A program made the position numbers and the translations under genes. Positions 12,501 through 26,900 of a stretch of DNA of 64,000 nucleotides are shown piece by piece (position 1 is the stretch's first letter; each line of letters begins with the position of its first letter). The stretch spans positions 39,866,001 to 39,930,000 of the forward strand of contig NC_043000.1 of NCBI RefSeq assembly GCF_006345805.1, written 5' to 3'. Under the pieces are notes generated by a model that was not told the origin of the DNA, did no database searches, and saw only the letters and a program-made list of their open reading frames with translations. Source of the DNA: Octopus sinensis. Taxonomy: Eukaryota.

Positions 12501-15500
12501 CCCATAACCTCTTCAAACCATCTTTTTCTAAATTAGAGGGTACATTGTCTAATGCTGTGGTTTTCAACCATTTTTTGCCTATGGACCCATTTGATACCTA
12601 TTTTACTTGGGTGGATCCTCATACCTATGCAATATTTAAAAATATACTATTACATTTTTATAATTAATTTGTATAAAAAAATGTTAAAATATTTTTTGTA
12701 TTGTAGAAGTACAATCAATTTATTTCACAAACGGAGTGGCTGTGTGCTACGTAGCTTGTTTACCAACCACATGGTTCCGGGTTCAGTCCCACTGCGTGGC
12801 ACCTTGGGCAAGTGTCTTCTACTATAGCCTCGAGTCGACCAAAGTCTTGAGTGGATTTGATAGACAGAAACTGAAAGAAGCCCGTCGTATATATGTATAT
12901 GTGTGTGTGCGTGTGTGTATGTCTGTGTTTGTCCCCCCAACATTGCTTCCCCAACATCGCTTGACAACCGATGCTGGTGTGTTTATGTCACCGTAACTTA
13001 GCGGTTTGGCAAAAGTGACCGATAGAATAAGTACTAGGCTTACAAAGAATAAGTCCTGGGGTCGATTTGATCGACTAAAGGCGGTGCTCCAGCATGACCA
13101 CAGTCAAATGACTGAAACAAGTAAAAGAGTAACTAAACTTTATATGGACCCTAGTTGAGAACCACTAATATGTCCTTTCCATTTTTAAGGAGATTTATTT
13201 GCTTTTTAGTGGGGTTGTAGTTGTGCACCCCATCATCTCTGTTCAAGCAAAGACAGCAAATTTAGTTAGTTCAATCTCAATTTCTTTCTCCCCTTAAGAC
13301 AAAACCAGTCAAGTAATCACTAACTTTACATGGTGAAATTAAACTTGTACAGTTATTAAAAAAACCTATGTTATATTTCAAATTATTTAAAACAACATTT
13401 CAGTATCCATTTTAAGGATAATACATATTTTTTCCAGCTACAGTAATTAAGGGTATAATTTACAGAAACTCTCAGTGGCTCGAATCAGAAACTAATATGT
13501 TGTCTTGATGCTTTTGTAAGGAAAATTCCACCTTTCACTTATTTAAAAATGAACACACACACATGCACATTGAAATATTCACATGGAGAAAATACAACAG
13601 AAAGAGAAGGTTACTAAAAACATGTGGCTTACTATAAAATGGAAAAGAAGAGAATATATACTTACATATAACATTAAATGAAATACCAGCAAAAATTTCT
13701 CCGTAACGATTACTGTATATGCACTGGAAGTTGCAGATATCAGTGCTCTTCCTGACATCTGAGAAGGTGAGACTAGAACCATCTAAAGACAATGATAGTC
13801 TGTTTCTCATTTCTAAAAGAAAAAAAAATTGGATAAGAACCCCATTAGTATGGCACTAAAAATGAGAAACGGAAAAGAATCTGGTAAAATAAGGAAGGAT
13901 CAAGTCATTTTGTGGTGAGAAGGCAATTGGGATTTAACTGTAGCTGAGTCCCATATACCTATGATCATTTATTTTTCAAATAGTGTATCTAGAACCATAT
14001 TTCCCTTATATGTCCTCTCTTTTTGTCATTGTTGTTTAGCTTCAGGTTAGTTTGGATCCAACGTACCTATGATCAAAGGTGTCCTCGCAATAATCATGCT
14101 ATCTTTATTTCAGCCATTGTATATCTACAACTGTATTATCCAAGAAGGTAGAGTATAATTTGAGAGAGATTTGCCTGATATTTCTAGCAGGTCTCCTTAC
14201 TATTAATCACTCAACTGTGAAGCTAGACTTATCTCATAATTCAGTCAAGAGTCATTATGCGGGAAAATATAGTTTAAACGAAGGATTTTTTTTCTGTTAT
14301 AAATTTACATTCATTTTCAAACATATTCATGAGGTAGGGGGTTATAGTTTAATAGTTGGATTAGTTTTTGTTACCTCAAATCTGCCCTAATTGAACATAT
14401 TGATAACTGAAAGCATTTAAACCATGGCCATAACTTCTTGTTTCCAAGGATAGTTTATCCCAGATTATAGTATCCAATGTGTTTTTTTTTTTAAGATGAA
14501 GTATAATTTAAGTGAGATTTAACTGATATTTCTAGAAAGTCAAATGACCAAGTAGCAACACACTCACTGGACCAGTTGTAAGGATGTCCTTACTGTTAAC
14601 TAGAAAAACAGTATGTAACAATGGAAACCATCTTTCTCTTCAGTCAGGCACAGTACTATGGATTCAGAAGCATTTGAACTCAAAATGTCAAGAATGTAAA
14701 TGAATGTGGCAATGAAGATCTGAAAGCAATAATCATTTTACAAACCTCCTCCAGGATATACACTTATATCACTTAAATTCCTTCCATTTTTCATCCATAT
14801 GGGCCGAGCCAATTCCTTTCCTCCCTTCAGTGATCTTGCTTTACAATGGAACACCACATTTGACTCTTCAGCAACAGTCATTTCAGGGTCAGGTTCGTTA
14901 ACCCAAATAGGAGGACCTGTGAGAAATATATACATAAACAGATATCTAAAATATAATGGAGAAAGCTGCTTATTAATTAGAATTATGTAACTTTTACTAA
15001 AAGAAAGCAATTGTGAAAGTTTCCATTGTTTATAAAATTCTTAAAAATTCAAATTTAAAATGTTTTTTCTTTTATTACTGAAGATTCAAATATACACAAT
15101 CACAAATTTTTTTTTTAATCCCAGCCATCAGCACAAAAATTTACATTTCATGCAGCATATATCTGTTCTATACCGCTCTATTCCACCATTTTCATTAAAT
15201 ATAAGTGATGACTTGGAGAATATTTGTGAAAATTTTTACACTATATCTGTCATGTTTACCATTAAGTATAATATATTGATGCTTGTTTTGTTTTTCAATC
15301 CAGCCATCTTTTCTATCTTTGTCCTTCTTTCTCACATAAACTTCACTGAAAAAAGACCTTGCCATGTCATTCCATTTGAATGCAGTCATTTGCACTTTCT
15401 TCTCTTGCAATGCTGTCTTTCTGTCTCTACCACCTCTATTCAAATTGTCTTCATTAAAAAATAATCTACTTAGCATGTACTGGTAGGTAATATATTGACG

Positions 15501-15727
15501 TTTGTTATTTTTTCATCGTCCTTCCTTTAGTTTTCATCATTTTCACTCTCTCACACACACCTTGTTAAAAAAATTCTGAGCATATTTAAAGAAATGTAAG
15601 ATGAATAATGAATATAAGAAAATAACATTCAAAATGTAAGTTATTTCAGTGCATACATAAGTAAATATATATGAGGTGTGTGTGTGTGTGTGTGTGTGTC
15701 TGTCTGTCTATCTATATATATATATAT

Positions 15728-15765
<38 letters not shown>

Positions 15766-18700
15766 TATGAAAGAAGAAAAAGAAAATAGAGATTATGAAG
15801 TTAATAATTGTTTAATATTAACATCAAATCATCATCCCATACAGCTTTTTCAATGAATACTCAGTAGATATTAATTAAATATTAAATTTATATGACCTGA
15901 GTTTAGTATCTTTAGAGGGAAAAAATATACCCTTGGATGTTTTATATGTGTTTGTGGATTCATTATATATATATATATACATACATATCATCACTATCAT
16001 CAGTTAACATCTGTTGTCCAAGCTGGCATAGGTTGGACGAATTGACCAAAGCTGGCAAGCTGAGTAGCTGCACCAGACACAAATGCTTTTATGTGATACT
16101 GCACAGGTACTCTTATGCGGCACTGCAAGGGCGCTTTTACATGGCACCACACAGGTGCTTTTATGTTGCACTACATGGGAACTTTATGTGACACCACGTT
16201 GGGGGGGGGGGGCTTTTAAGCGGCATTGCATGACTGCTTTTATGTGGCACTGTCACAAGTGCTTTACACCATCAGCAGGACTGCTCTTAACACTTCTGCT
16301 GCAGGGTACAGGTCTTCTTGAATATGGCCAAACGCCAGGTGTCTTGGTCTTTTGTCATCTCGGCCAAAAGGTTCAGCTTCCTATGGTCGTTCAACAGTAC
16401 ATCATCCCACATCTTTCTGGGTCTCCCACTTCCACATGTTTCATCCACTTTGAGAGATTAGCACTTCTTCATGGAGCTGTCCTCATCCATCTGCATCACA
16501 TGACCAAACCAGCACAGTCTTCTCTCTTGCACACAGTAACCAATTCCACTTATGCCTAACTTCTCTCTCAGAACACTCACACTGTGCTGAACATATATGT
16601 ATGCCTGCATATACTAGAGTAACACACCTCTAATTCTTCTCTTGTACTCTTTGGAAATTTTTCTCTCTCATTTCTCTTTCCATTAATGTACTGTTTTGCA
16701 GCACTCCTAAGTTCTTATATCCCCCATTATCTACTGAATGATATCATCTTGTAATAATTTTATACCATCAGAATTTATCAACCCCCCTTCATAGTTAACA
16801 CGGCATCCTTATTTACCCCAAACTGTGCATAGATATCCTTACTGTTTGGCTTAGAGAATTCAGGGGTTTTTTCCCCCCATTTTTTGGTATACAGTTTGTG
16901 GTCAACCATATATAGAGCTGATGATTTATTTTCACTCTGGTTTTGGCAAAATCATAGACAGGCTTGGATTTTCTCAAGAATGCTTGTCAAAAGGATTAGT
17001 GCTAATGATGAAAAGTAATGGACAGAGTGGGTCTTCAAAATCTCCATGTATTTTCATGTTTTCGAATGATCTATTTGCATATTAATACTATTGCCTATGA
17101 TATTGATATTTTCTAGAGACCCCCACCACACACCTAATCTTGTTGACCTCAAGTGTTCTCAGGCAATCCAAGAGTCAGCAGTGTGGCACATTTTTGTAAA
17201 CTTTCTTGTAGTTTATCCAACCAGTACAGCATATGGTATCCTCCCACACATCACCAGAGATGTGGTCCTTGAACCCACTTGATGCTAGTGCCTCATTGTA
17301 GTAATGGGCAGTGGCACTGAAGATATCTTGGCTTGAGGATAGATTTGAGATCATCTTGCTTACACCTTTCACTAGGTTCTTGAAAATTATAGGGGGATGG
17401 CAGAAGTCTCTTGTTTGGCTTGTGATAGGGCCTATATATATATATATATATAGAGCCCAGATATAAAGTAACATCTAAGAAATCTACTGTGGTGAGATTT
17501 GTTTCAGTGATGATCTTGAGACCTACTGAGCCTATGATGCTAATCAGGTCCTTTCTAAGTCTAATGTGTGGCTGTTGGCTCCTCTAGAGATGGCTAGGGC
17601 ATCATCTCTGTAGAAGCTGAAGTGAAACGAAGGAAACCTCTTCCCTAAGATATCCAAGATGTACAGTCTGATAAGATCGCAGACGTTGGTGCTGTCATAT
17701 GCCCCCATAGCTACATCAAAGGAGCCCTTGGTGTCATATTACTTGACCCAAGTTGAATCTTAGCTGAACAGCACCGTCTTCCTGGTATACATGATAACTC
17801 TAACATCACTATCACTAATATCTGTGAAGCCCCTGGCAAAAGAAAGTGCTTTCAATAAACAATAACTCTTTAGAAATAGATGGATAAAAGTCAATAAAAG
17901 CCCGCCATCTGTTGCGCCTCAAAGATCAAGGGACCTTGTGTGATATCAGGTGGAAATTAATATATTAATAGAAGTGGCTATTGCAAGATCTGCATTGCAG
18001 AGAAAGCCAAAATTCTTAAGTACTATGCAAAATTCTTAAGTACTATAGTAGTAAAGAAGTGTTTTCTAAATGTGTCCACTTCAAGTGCTGCCTACTGGAA
18101 AATTGTTTCTCCACGTTTGTTGGTTAGGCCTCTCTGGGTCTAAAAGGGTTGTTTTTCCCTAGGATTCAGGGGAGATAACCCGTCCCCATTAACTTTTTTC
18201 TTTTTTTTTTTGTTAAGATGTATTTCTAGATTTCTGAGCATTTCCTCACATCTGTGACATAGAAATTTAAAATTTTTGTCTTTGTATAGAGTCTGATGAG
18301 CTATCCACAAGGCTTTGGCGATGCAAAATCGTGTCCAAGATATAAAATTTTGTTGCCACAATTACTGATCTATTCTTTAGAGTGTACTTCTTTTCTGATA
18401 TATGGTTTATATATATATATATATCATTGTTTTTCATGCTGGCATGGGTTGGATGGCTTGACAGGATCCAGTGAGCTACAGGATTCCATCAAGCTTCAAC
18501 GTCAATTTGCGTATGGTTTCTATGGTAGTGAAAGGTGTAAGCAAGAGGATCTTAGTGTGTCCTGGGTGTTTTTTTTTTTTTGTAATATTAGCACTTGCTA
18601 GAGAAAGAAAAAAGCCCTCTCAATTGAGTGTTAGTGTATTTCAGAGAGAGGGAAGCGACTTTATGCCAAATGTTGAAGGCTAAAGAGTAATAGAGGGACT

Positions 18701-20949
18701 AGCACAAGTGCCTAGTTCTACAGGATATACATGGCTACCCATAATTATATGAGAGAGTAGTTAGAAAGAAGATAAAGATGGAGGTGATAAGATATCAGAA
18801 CATACTGTCAAGGTACAAGAAGGTGAGTATAAGAGATAATATGGATAATGAATCAGGGGAAGGAAAGGATGAGTAATTTCATGTTAGTGTAAGGAAAGCA
18901 TGACAGATGGTCAGAGAAAGGGCTAGGGGTAGATGTAGTGAGTGATGAACAAGAGTGAAAATGTGGTTGATGGTAAATATCAGTATGGAAGGGAAAAGGT
19001 GAAAAAGATAGAAGTGGTTCAAGAAGGAGGCAGTAACAAGTGACAAAGGGAAGAGTGGAGAGCAACAGTATCTTAAATCTGTAGACAGATCAGAAAGTAA
19101 ACACACACACACAAACTTGTTACCAGTTCAAATATGCTTGAGGCATATTCATATACTTTAAGAAAGCTATTTATTGTACTTTGTCATGGAGAAAATTTTT
19201 TATTGTAGACAAATACACTGAGTCAGCCAACAGTTTCCTCTAACGAGACTATTAGTGTTGGGTGCATGCATTTTGGAGTGGTTATCTCCACTACAGCAAT
19301 GAAGACTGGAAAGGCAGACATTTGGAACTGATGCAAGAGACAAGTTCCTCTTATGATATTCTTGTCATCATTCAATGACTGGTTGTGCTATTCAGTGGCA
19401 GTACTAAGAAATGAGGTGTATAAATACAAACTTATTACCAGTTCAAATATGCTTGAACCCATAAGAAAGCCATTCACTGTATTTTGTCATGGAGAAAATT
19501 TCTAGCTGTAGACAAATAGTGGAAATACATCAAGTCAACCCACAAGAGGTGCATTTCAGAAGTTCATGTACATTTTTAGGAGAGGCAGTAATAACTGTTC
19601 TAGATTATTGTAATTTCAATATATCATTACTTTATGGTGATCTGTCAACTTGTTATTTGAAATTGAAAGAGAGGGCTGTAACAGCACTTTGACTACACCC
19701 TAATAAATACTGCTTATCACAGCTGACTAGTTTGCAGAATACAGTCAGGAGATGAAGACAATTTGGAAGCTGACTATGCAATAAAGTTTTGTGTTAAACT
19801 GACCAAAAACAATACAGAAACTTATGAAATGCTCCAGATTACTAATGAATCAACTTGTATGAGCTAAGCATTTGTTTTTCAGTGGCAAAACAGACCAGGC
19901 AAAGCAAGTCCACTGGAAAGCATAATATGATCCTCTTTTTTTGACAGCAAGGACCATCTACATCCTCTGTTTAAGAGTGCTCAAACAGTGAATCCAGGAT
20001 TCAACTCCTAGAAATGTTCCATGTAGTAAACATCTAGAAATTTGTACAAATGGAAAATTCAAAATATTTTCTTTTTACAAAATACACAAAAAGACTGATC
20101 AACTACAAAAGGTAAAAGAATACTTTGTAAGAGCTCTAAATCCAAAACTAAACCAAAAGTAGTCAATACCATTACTAAAAAGAACTTCCTCTATAGAGAT
20201 TACTCCAAGTGCGCCTGAAAAATTGAGCAAAGAAAGCATGTAAACTTTATTCCAAAAGATTCATGGCATCTGTTTTCTTTAAATACTGTGTTTGTATCAA
20301 GTATTTTTTAAATAAAATCATTAAGTTGCTTTAATGCTAGCTAAATTATCCTCTGTATACATTTGATACTTGGGACAATAATATTATCAATATGTTATGT
20401 GATATGGCTATAAAACCATTTTTCCTTCAAATAGTTTCACTTGAAAAATATAGATATACAATAGACGAGTTTACCTGCAACATGAATGCATATCTTAGTT
20501 TCATCTCTATTATTACCACTCGAAGCTTTACACGTGTAGCAGCCTCCATGATTCTCTGTAACAGTTTTTATCACCAATGTGTGTTCTGGATTATTTGGTC
20601 GCATTGAAAGCGGAGTTTCCCACCGAATCCTGGGGATTGGACTGCAAGAGAAAATGTATAAGCTGTATTTACAATATATATATTCTCATGATAAAATGTT
20701 GCATTTACATCACCTGCTAGCACTGAATCATATAATGACATGCCTAGTGGGTAATTTGATTAACTGAAATGAAACTGTTGTATTTTGTTCAGCAAACCAG
20801 AATCTAAATGTTTGAGATGAGTTGTTCTTACTATGGTTATGATTGTTCAGAGAACTAACTCAGCTCAAGAAATGAAAAGTTTAATATTTGCATTTGTTGT
20901 ATAATGTAATCTGTTTGAACATGCATCAGTGACCTATAGTTTAAGAGTG

Positions 20950-20992
<43 letters not shown>

Positions 20993-23900
20993 AAGATGTC
21001 TGTTTGTGTTTGTCATGTCATCAAAACTCGAGATACACCCAACCGATTTTAGTGAAATTTTACACATGCATTACATAGAATCCATGGAGTGTCATGGGCC
21101 CAAAAAAATTTTCAACGTCTTGCCTAATGTGGGCCCAGGAGCAGATAAACCGCATTTTTTAATGTCTACCTTCTATGTCATCCTTGTCTGAATTAAATAA
21201 TGCAAAATGTTCATACAAAAAAACTAACTGCTGTTGTGACTCACAGCCATTTGAGTTTGACTACATCCGGAAGCTACACTCACCACCTGCAATCAGTCCC
21301 CACCACCAGTATTCCCTCCCCCATTTAGTTGGATGAGTAAATACAGGATGTCCCAGAATTAATGATGATTTGCATGAAATTGGATGCATTTTTTTAAAAC
21401 TCACTTTTATGTATGTTTGTCATGTTATACGTGTTAAGAGTGTATAAATTTTGAATTTTGTTAATAATTTTATTTTCATTCCTGTTGTACCCCTCTTATT
21501 TGTCCATGACAGCTTTTTTTCCAATTTGGCAGCAATAATTTTCTTTACCTCCATCTCCAAGATGGAGCAATCATTTAGCTGAGCTTAAAGGATACATTCA
21601 GTTAGCAGTGCAGGAGCTACGTCATCGTCATCATAATTTAAAATCCGTTTTCTATGCTGGCATGGGTTGGACAGTTTTGTATACAGTTTGTGGTCAACCA
21701 TATATATAGCGGATGATTTATTTTCACTCTGGTTTAGTCTTCAAAGTGTCAGACATTCTTATTGAAATATATAAAAAAATTGTAGCTTGTAGGTTGTGTC
21801 AGATATTTTTTATTGAAATATATATATATATATATAAAAAAAGAAATATTAGGTACTGTTCAACTGAATTTTAATTATTTTGCAAGAAAATCATCAGATG
21901 TAGTACTTACATGCCACCATACATACACTGAATTAAGAACTCACGACCAAACATGGCAATAGAATTATTTTCTGTAGTGTACAACTTTTGAAGAGGAGCT
22001 TCTACTGGAAGTGCTACAAGTGATAAAGAAAAATAAAATTAAAAAAAACGAACACAAACAAACAAAAAATAACTGGTACCACCATCATCATTATCATCTT
22101 ATGTTTAATTTTCCATACCGATGGGCTTTATTTTTCACACACAACAGAAAACCAGGCAACTTTGGTATTGTGCCTTACTGTGTGGAATGAGGGTGTCTTA
22201 TTGTGCCACCATCACTAGAAAGGTTGTCCTATATGAGCAATACTAGAGGAGCCCCTAAAAATCTATGTTAGTTGTATTTGGATTTGCCACCCTGCTAAAC
22301 AAATAGCTTGTGATGCAGCTTGTAGAGTTCAAGCTTGGCTAGCACAGTTCACTTTGGCAGGTTTTCTACAACTGGATGCCTTTTCTTTTCACCAATAACT
22401 TTACAAAGTGTACTGGGAGCATTTTATCGTGCCACTGATACTACAAAGATTGCTGCATTGCAAGGAGGATCAAAGAGTCTTTACCTGATATCAGTTCTTA
22501 AGAGTTACTGTCCTCCTAGACAGGTATCCTGAAATATGGCTGAAGTACTTTTGTCATTATTGTTACTTTGCAAGCATGGTTTACACAAGTGTGTCACAGC
22601 ATCTCAATACTAATCAGGATAATACTAACAAAAAATATTCAGTAGCATTAATATGATGTAACATTTTAAAAATATTTCACCTGTGAAAAAGCATGAAAAT
22701 CCCATCTTGCTGTAATCTATTAAACTACACTAGATATGATACTGAATAAGTGGACTCATAAAAGGATAAGAGAGCTTCAATCAACATAACATGGAACTAA
22801 ACTATTACCTAGTTCAATATCACCAGATGGCCCTTCATTGGTGTCTTTTGCAAAGTTCACTATGCTCCAAACATGTGGATATTAGATCAATCTGAAGATA
22901 ATCTAATATCTTGTTGCACTGATTCCTAGCTATCTATGCATTGTGGCGTCTTCAGCAGTATTTGAACCACAAAACTGTAGGCTCAGAACTGGTTACTGTT
23001 TTGATAGTGTGGAGTTGTGTTAAACAAAAGCACCTATTGTCTTTGCTCTATATCTATCCTGTTGCTAGTAGAAATTGTATACTGGTGTGATTTACCTACT
23101 ATATCTTCCAGGTAATGGAAAGTTTCAAGAAAATTGTTATTTGGCTTTACCCAATAGTAATGTTAGAAATCAATTGGGAACTGATATTGAATAGTGAAAT
23201 TTGTATAGCTCGTGTGTTGTACTGTAGTGGTACAATAGTGGCTGCAATGATGTAGTGCTAAGCGTAATGGTATGATGATGAGATTGATGGCATATTAGTG
23301 GCTTTAGTGGTGACTGTAGTGGTAGTGGGTGTAACTGGCAACAGAATGGACGAGAAAAAGAAGAAGAAATCGAGAGAAAGACTAAGTCAATATTGAGGGA
23401 TGAATCATGTTTCATAAAAGTGGCATAGGACCCTACCTCACTTTTCCTAAAAGAAAGTACAAAGATCAAAATTACTATTTGGGTTCACTGTTAAATTTGT
23501 CCATCCTCCACCTGTTGTAGCGACCTGTTTTGGATTCATGTTATTACAGGTATAGGTATTCGTATCATCTGACTCCACATAAGAAAATACTAAACTACCT
23601 GAAAAGAAAAGATAAAAGAAAACAAGGAAATATAATTATTATTAATTAGCATCACACTGTATTTTTTCACCACCCAACAAAAATTTGCTTTAATTTTAGA
23701 AATTTTGGCCATCCAAAATTTTTAATATTTTCTAGAGATGATCAGTCAACTACCAAAGAGATAATTCTCACTACTTTTTTTTAAATAGTAGAATGGGCTT
23801 TAGAAAGCCATCTGCCAAAAATTATATTTTTGAAAAATAATTCTATAATCATCAATTTAGATTTGAATAAAGGTGTATGGGACAAAGAGATATACTGTTT

Positions 23901-26900
23901 GTTAAAAGAAACTTGCAGATATATTTTCTGTCAGGAGAAGAAATAGAGAAATGGCAACTGTTATTGCTACCTTACTCATAAATAACAGTATCTTCAACAC
24001 TCCTAACAATAAATGTTACTGGAACTATTTCCTCTGAAGTTCCTCAAATTAATCAAGAAAGTAACAAACTACAATAACATCAACATTAGCATACATGCAA
24101 AGAATTTGCTCTCATTTGTCAACACCAATTTCAGGATTGATGTCTGTAGTAGCATTGATACCAAGTTGTTCTATGAGCACCAAAATTAACAACTACGACG
24201 ACAGGGTGGGGAACTTACAGAAAACAACACTACTTGGAACTACTAGAATACTTAGAAAAGTGCTTGACAAATGAAGGTGCCACCTCAGTCCACTAGTTGC
24301 GGACAGTTGGCATCTGTATTACATCACTGGCAACAAATGCCATGCGACAAGCAGAGTAGTGAAGGATAAGGAGGCCTAACTGTAGAGTTAGTGCCATCTC
24401 AAAGAGCACATTTACTGCAAAAAAAAAAAAAGAATGAAACAATCAATACCTTAACTATACCTGTTGTGACCTAGAGCTTTAACATCATATAATGATCCAT
24501 CAGTGAAATCAACAACAACAATAAAAAAAATGACTAAGGTTTGGTGGAAGATTATAATTCAAAACCTATGAAAACAAGACATTTGTACTACAGAGCCAGA
24601 GTCAGTTTTAGCCAGGTTGGTAACGAAAGGGTTAGACTTGTCTGCAAATATACAAGTTCCAGAAATAAACGCACCCAATATCAGAATATCAGAAGCAGAA
24701 CATGAAAAGAGAATTCAATGTTAACAAGACTCGATGAAACAAATAAGTCATGTTCATGAAACATGTCTGCAAAACTCTTGTAAAACAAATTTGAGAAGTA
24801 GATATAGAGGCCTTGAAACAAAGGTCTCAAAAATGTGGCATCTAAGAACAAGTGTAGCTGTGATCATTGGACAATACCAAAAGGTGCCTTTTAAAGCATT
24901 ATGGCCAAATACCAGAAAACCCCAAGGTATCAAAACCACAAAAACATTTTTCTCATGAGTACTACGTACATCCTAAGAAAGACATTGTTGACTTAAAAAT
25001 ATCTGATTCTCTTAAAATGCTTTCAAAATTTAAATAATACAAATTTAATATCTTAGTTCTCAGATTCTAGTCTCCTATATATCATTCCTAATCATAAATA
25101 ATACCCAAAGTAAATTGCTATTACTTGGAGTCTCAGGGTGAGACTTGGAACAGCTCATATAAAACCATATCTTAAACAGTAATAATAATAAAAATAATAG
25201 TTGTTGCTGTTATTTAACCTTTTAGCATTCAGATTACTTTGTCAGATGTAATTCATTTTTATTCACAGTTTTGAATTAATCATGAATTATCCTTGTAGCT
25301 TCAAGATTTTGATGATGTGGTAGTTTATCTTTAGAATGACATTGTAGAGCAGGGGTGAGGGACCAGATTTGGTCATGTTGAACATAAAGCATAAAGAAAT
25401 ATTTTGGCTGGATATGACCAGTTTAAATGCTAAAAAGTAGTCCAATAAATCATCAGCAGAGAAATAACAGCTGAGATGAAAACAAATTTTACTTTGTGGA
25501 AGTAAGGGATGTTAAACAGGAGAAAAGTAATGCCTAAATGAATCATGAACTAATAAAAGAGCCTTAACAGCTTTGAGAGGAACCAAAAGAGAAAAGCTAA
25601 GTAGTAAAGGAACTGGAAAGGCTGTTAATGAAAATCTATGTTGAAAATATAACAGAAAGCTGATAGAATGATATTAAATAAGGTATGAATAAAAAGAAAA
25701 TAGTTGTTGGCTGAGCACAAACTAACATTCTTTACTACTGAAGGCAATCAGGATTAATGAAAAAATAAATAGATTTTTGAAAAGGTATTGAGATTGAGGG
25801 GAATATAACAAAATGAATTGTTAAGAAATGTGAAAATATGCATGGTGATGTTCCAAGGAGGGATGCTTCCTCCATGCTTTTCATTATTGCATTAATCCCT
25901 CTGACAAGCATTCCGATAAAATCCAGGCCTGCCTATGATGTTGCTCAAACAAAAGTGAAAACAAAAAAAAATCACCTACTATAAATGGCTGATCATAAAC
26001 TGCATACAAAAAAAAAAGAAAAAAAAGAAACAACTCTGACCTCTGTAAGTCGAAGAGTAAGGATATCTATACACAATTTGGGATAAATAAGCATGCTGTG
26101 TTAAGTATGAAGGGAAGCTGATAAATTCTGATGGTATAAAATTATCACAAGATGATATCATTCAGTAGGTTGCTGAGAAATAATGAGGGATATAAGAACC
26201 TAAGAGTACTGTAGGGCCTTAGGTTAATGGAAGGAGAAATGAAGGAGAAAAATCCCCAAATTACAAAGAGCATATATACATACATATACACACACAAATA
26301 TATATATATATAGTTATATTTCTCTTACGAAACAGACAGCATAGAAGTGCTCAAGTTGAATCTGAGACATTAGACAAGTATAATAACTGAAATGGAAAAA
26401 GTTCAAGTCAGGCAAACTACAATGAACTACAATTAAATCCATACAGTGTATGGATTTAATTAAGATAAAAAACTGTCCCCCAAAAAGCATATATTAATAT
26501 ATTAAAAGTATATAAATATATATTAAAAATACATATGGACATATAAATATATGAATATATAAACATAGTAACAATATAATGAAGTACAGGAATATAGATA
26601 AAAACGTTTTTAAACAGGAATTGAAAATATAGTGAAGAGAAAATAATAGACATCACAAAAAGTTTTAGGTTACATATTGAAAGAAAATATTCCAAGGGCC
26701 ACTTCTGGGGCTCATTCATCTGAGTAGAAAATGAATCTTAAAATTGATTTTCAGAGAATGTATCCTTCAGGAGAAAAGTGATATTTACAGTAGATATTCA
26801 GTTTGTTGCTGAGGTATGAGAAACATAAATATGTATGTATGTATATCATCATCATCGTTTAATGTTCGTTTTCCATGCTAGCATGTGTTGGACAGTTCGA

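Noticed and set aside
20214-20245. Hammerhead-like relic (CTGAAAA...GAAAGCATGTA) after the PLE 3' fragment
   Set aside because: Stem II and stem I pairing too degenerate to support a call.
16885-21735. About 55-bp near-identical segments at about 16885 and 21677
   Set aside because: Most likely fragments of a dispersed repeat; no structure or coding signal.
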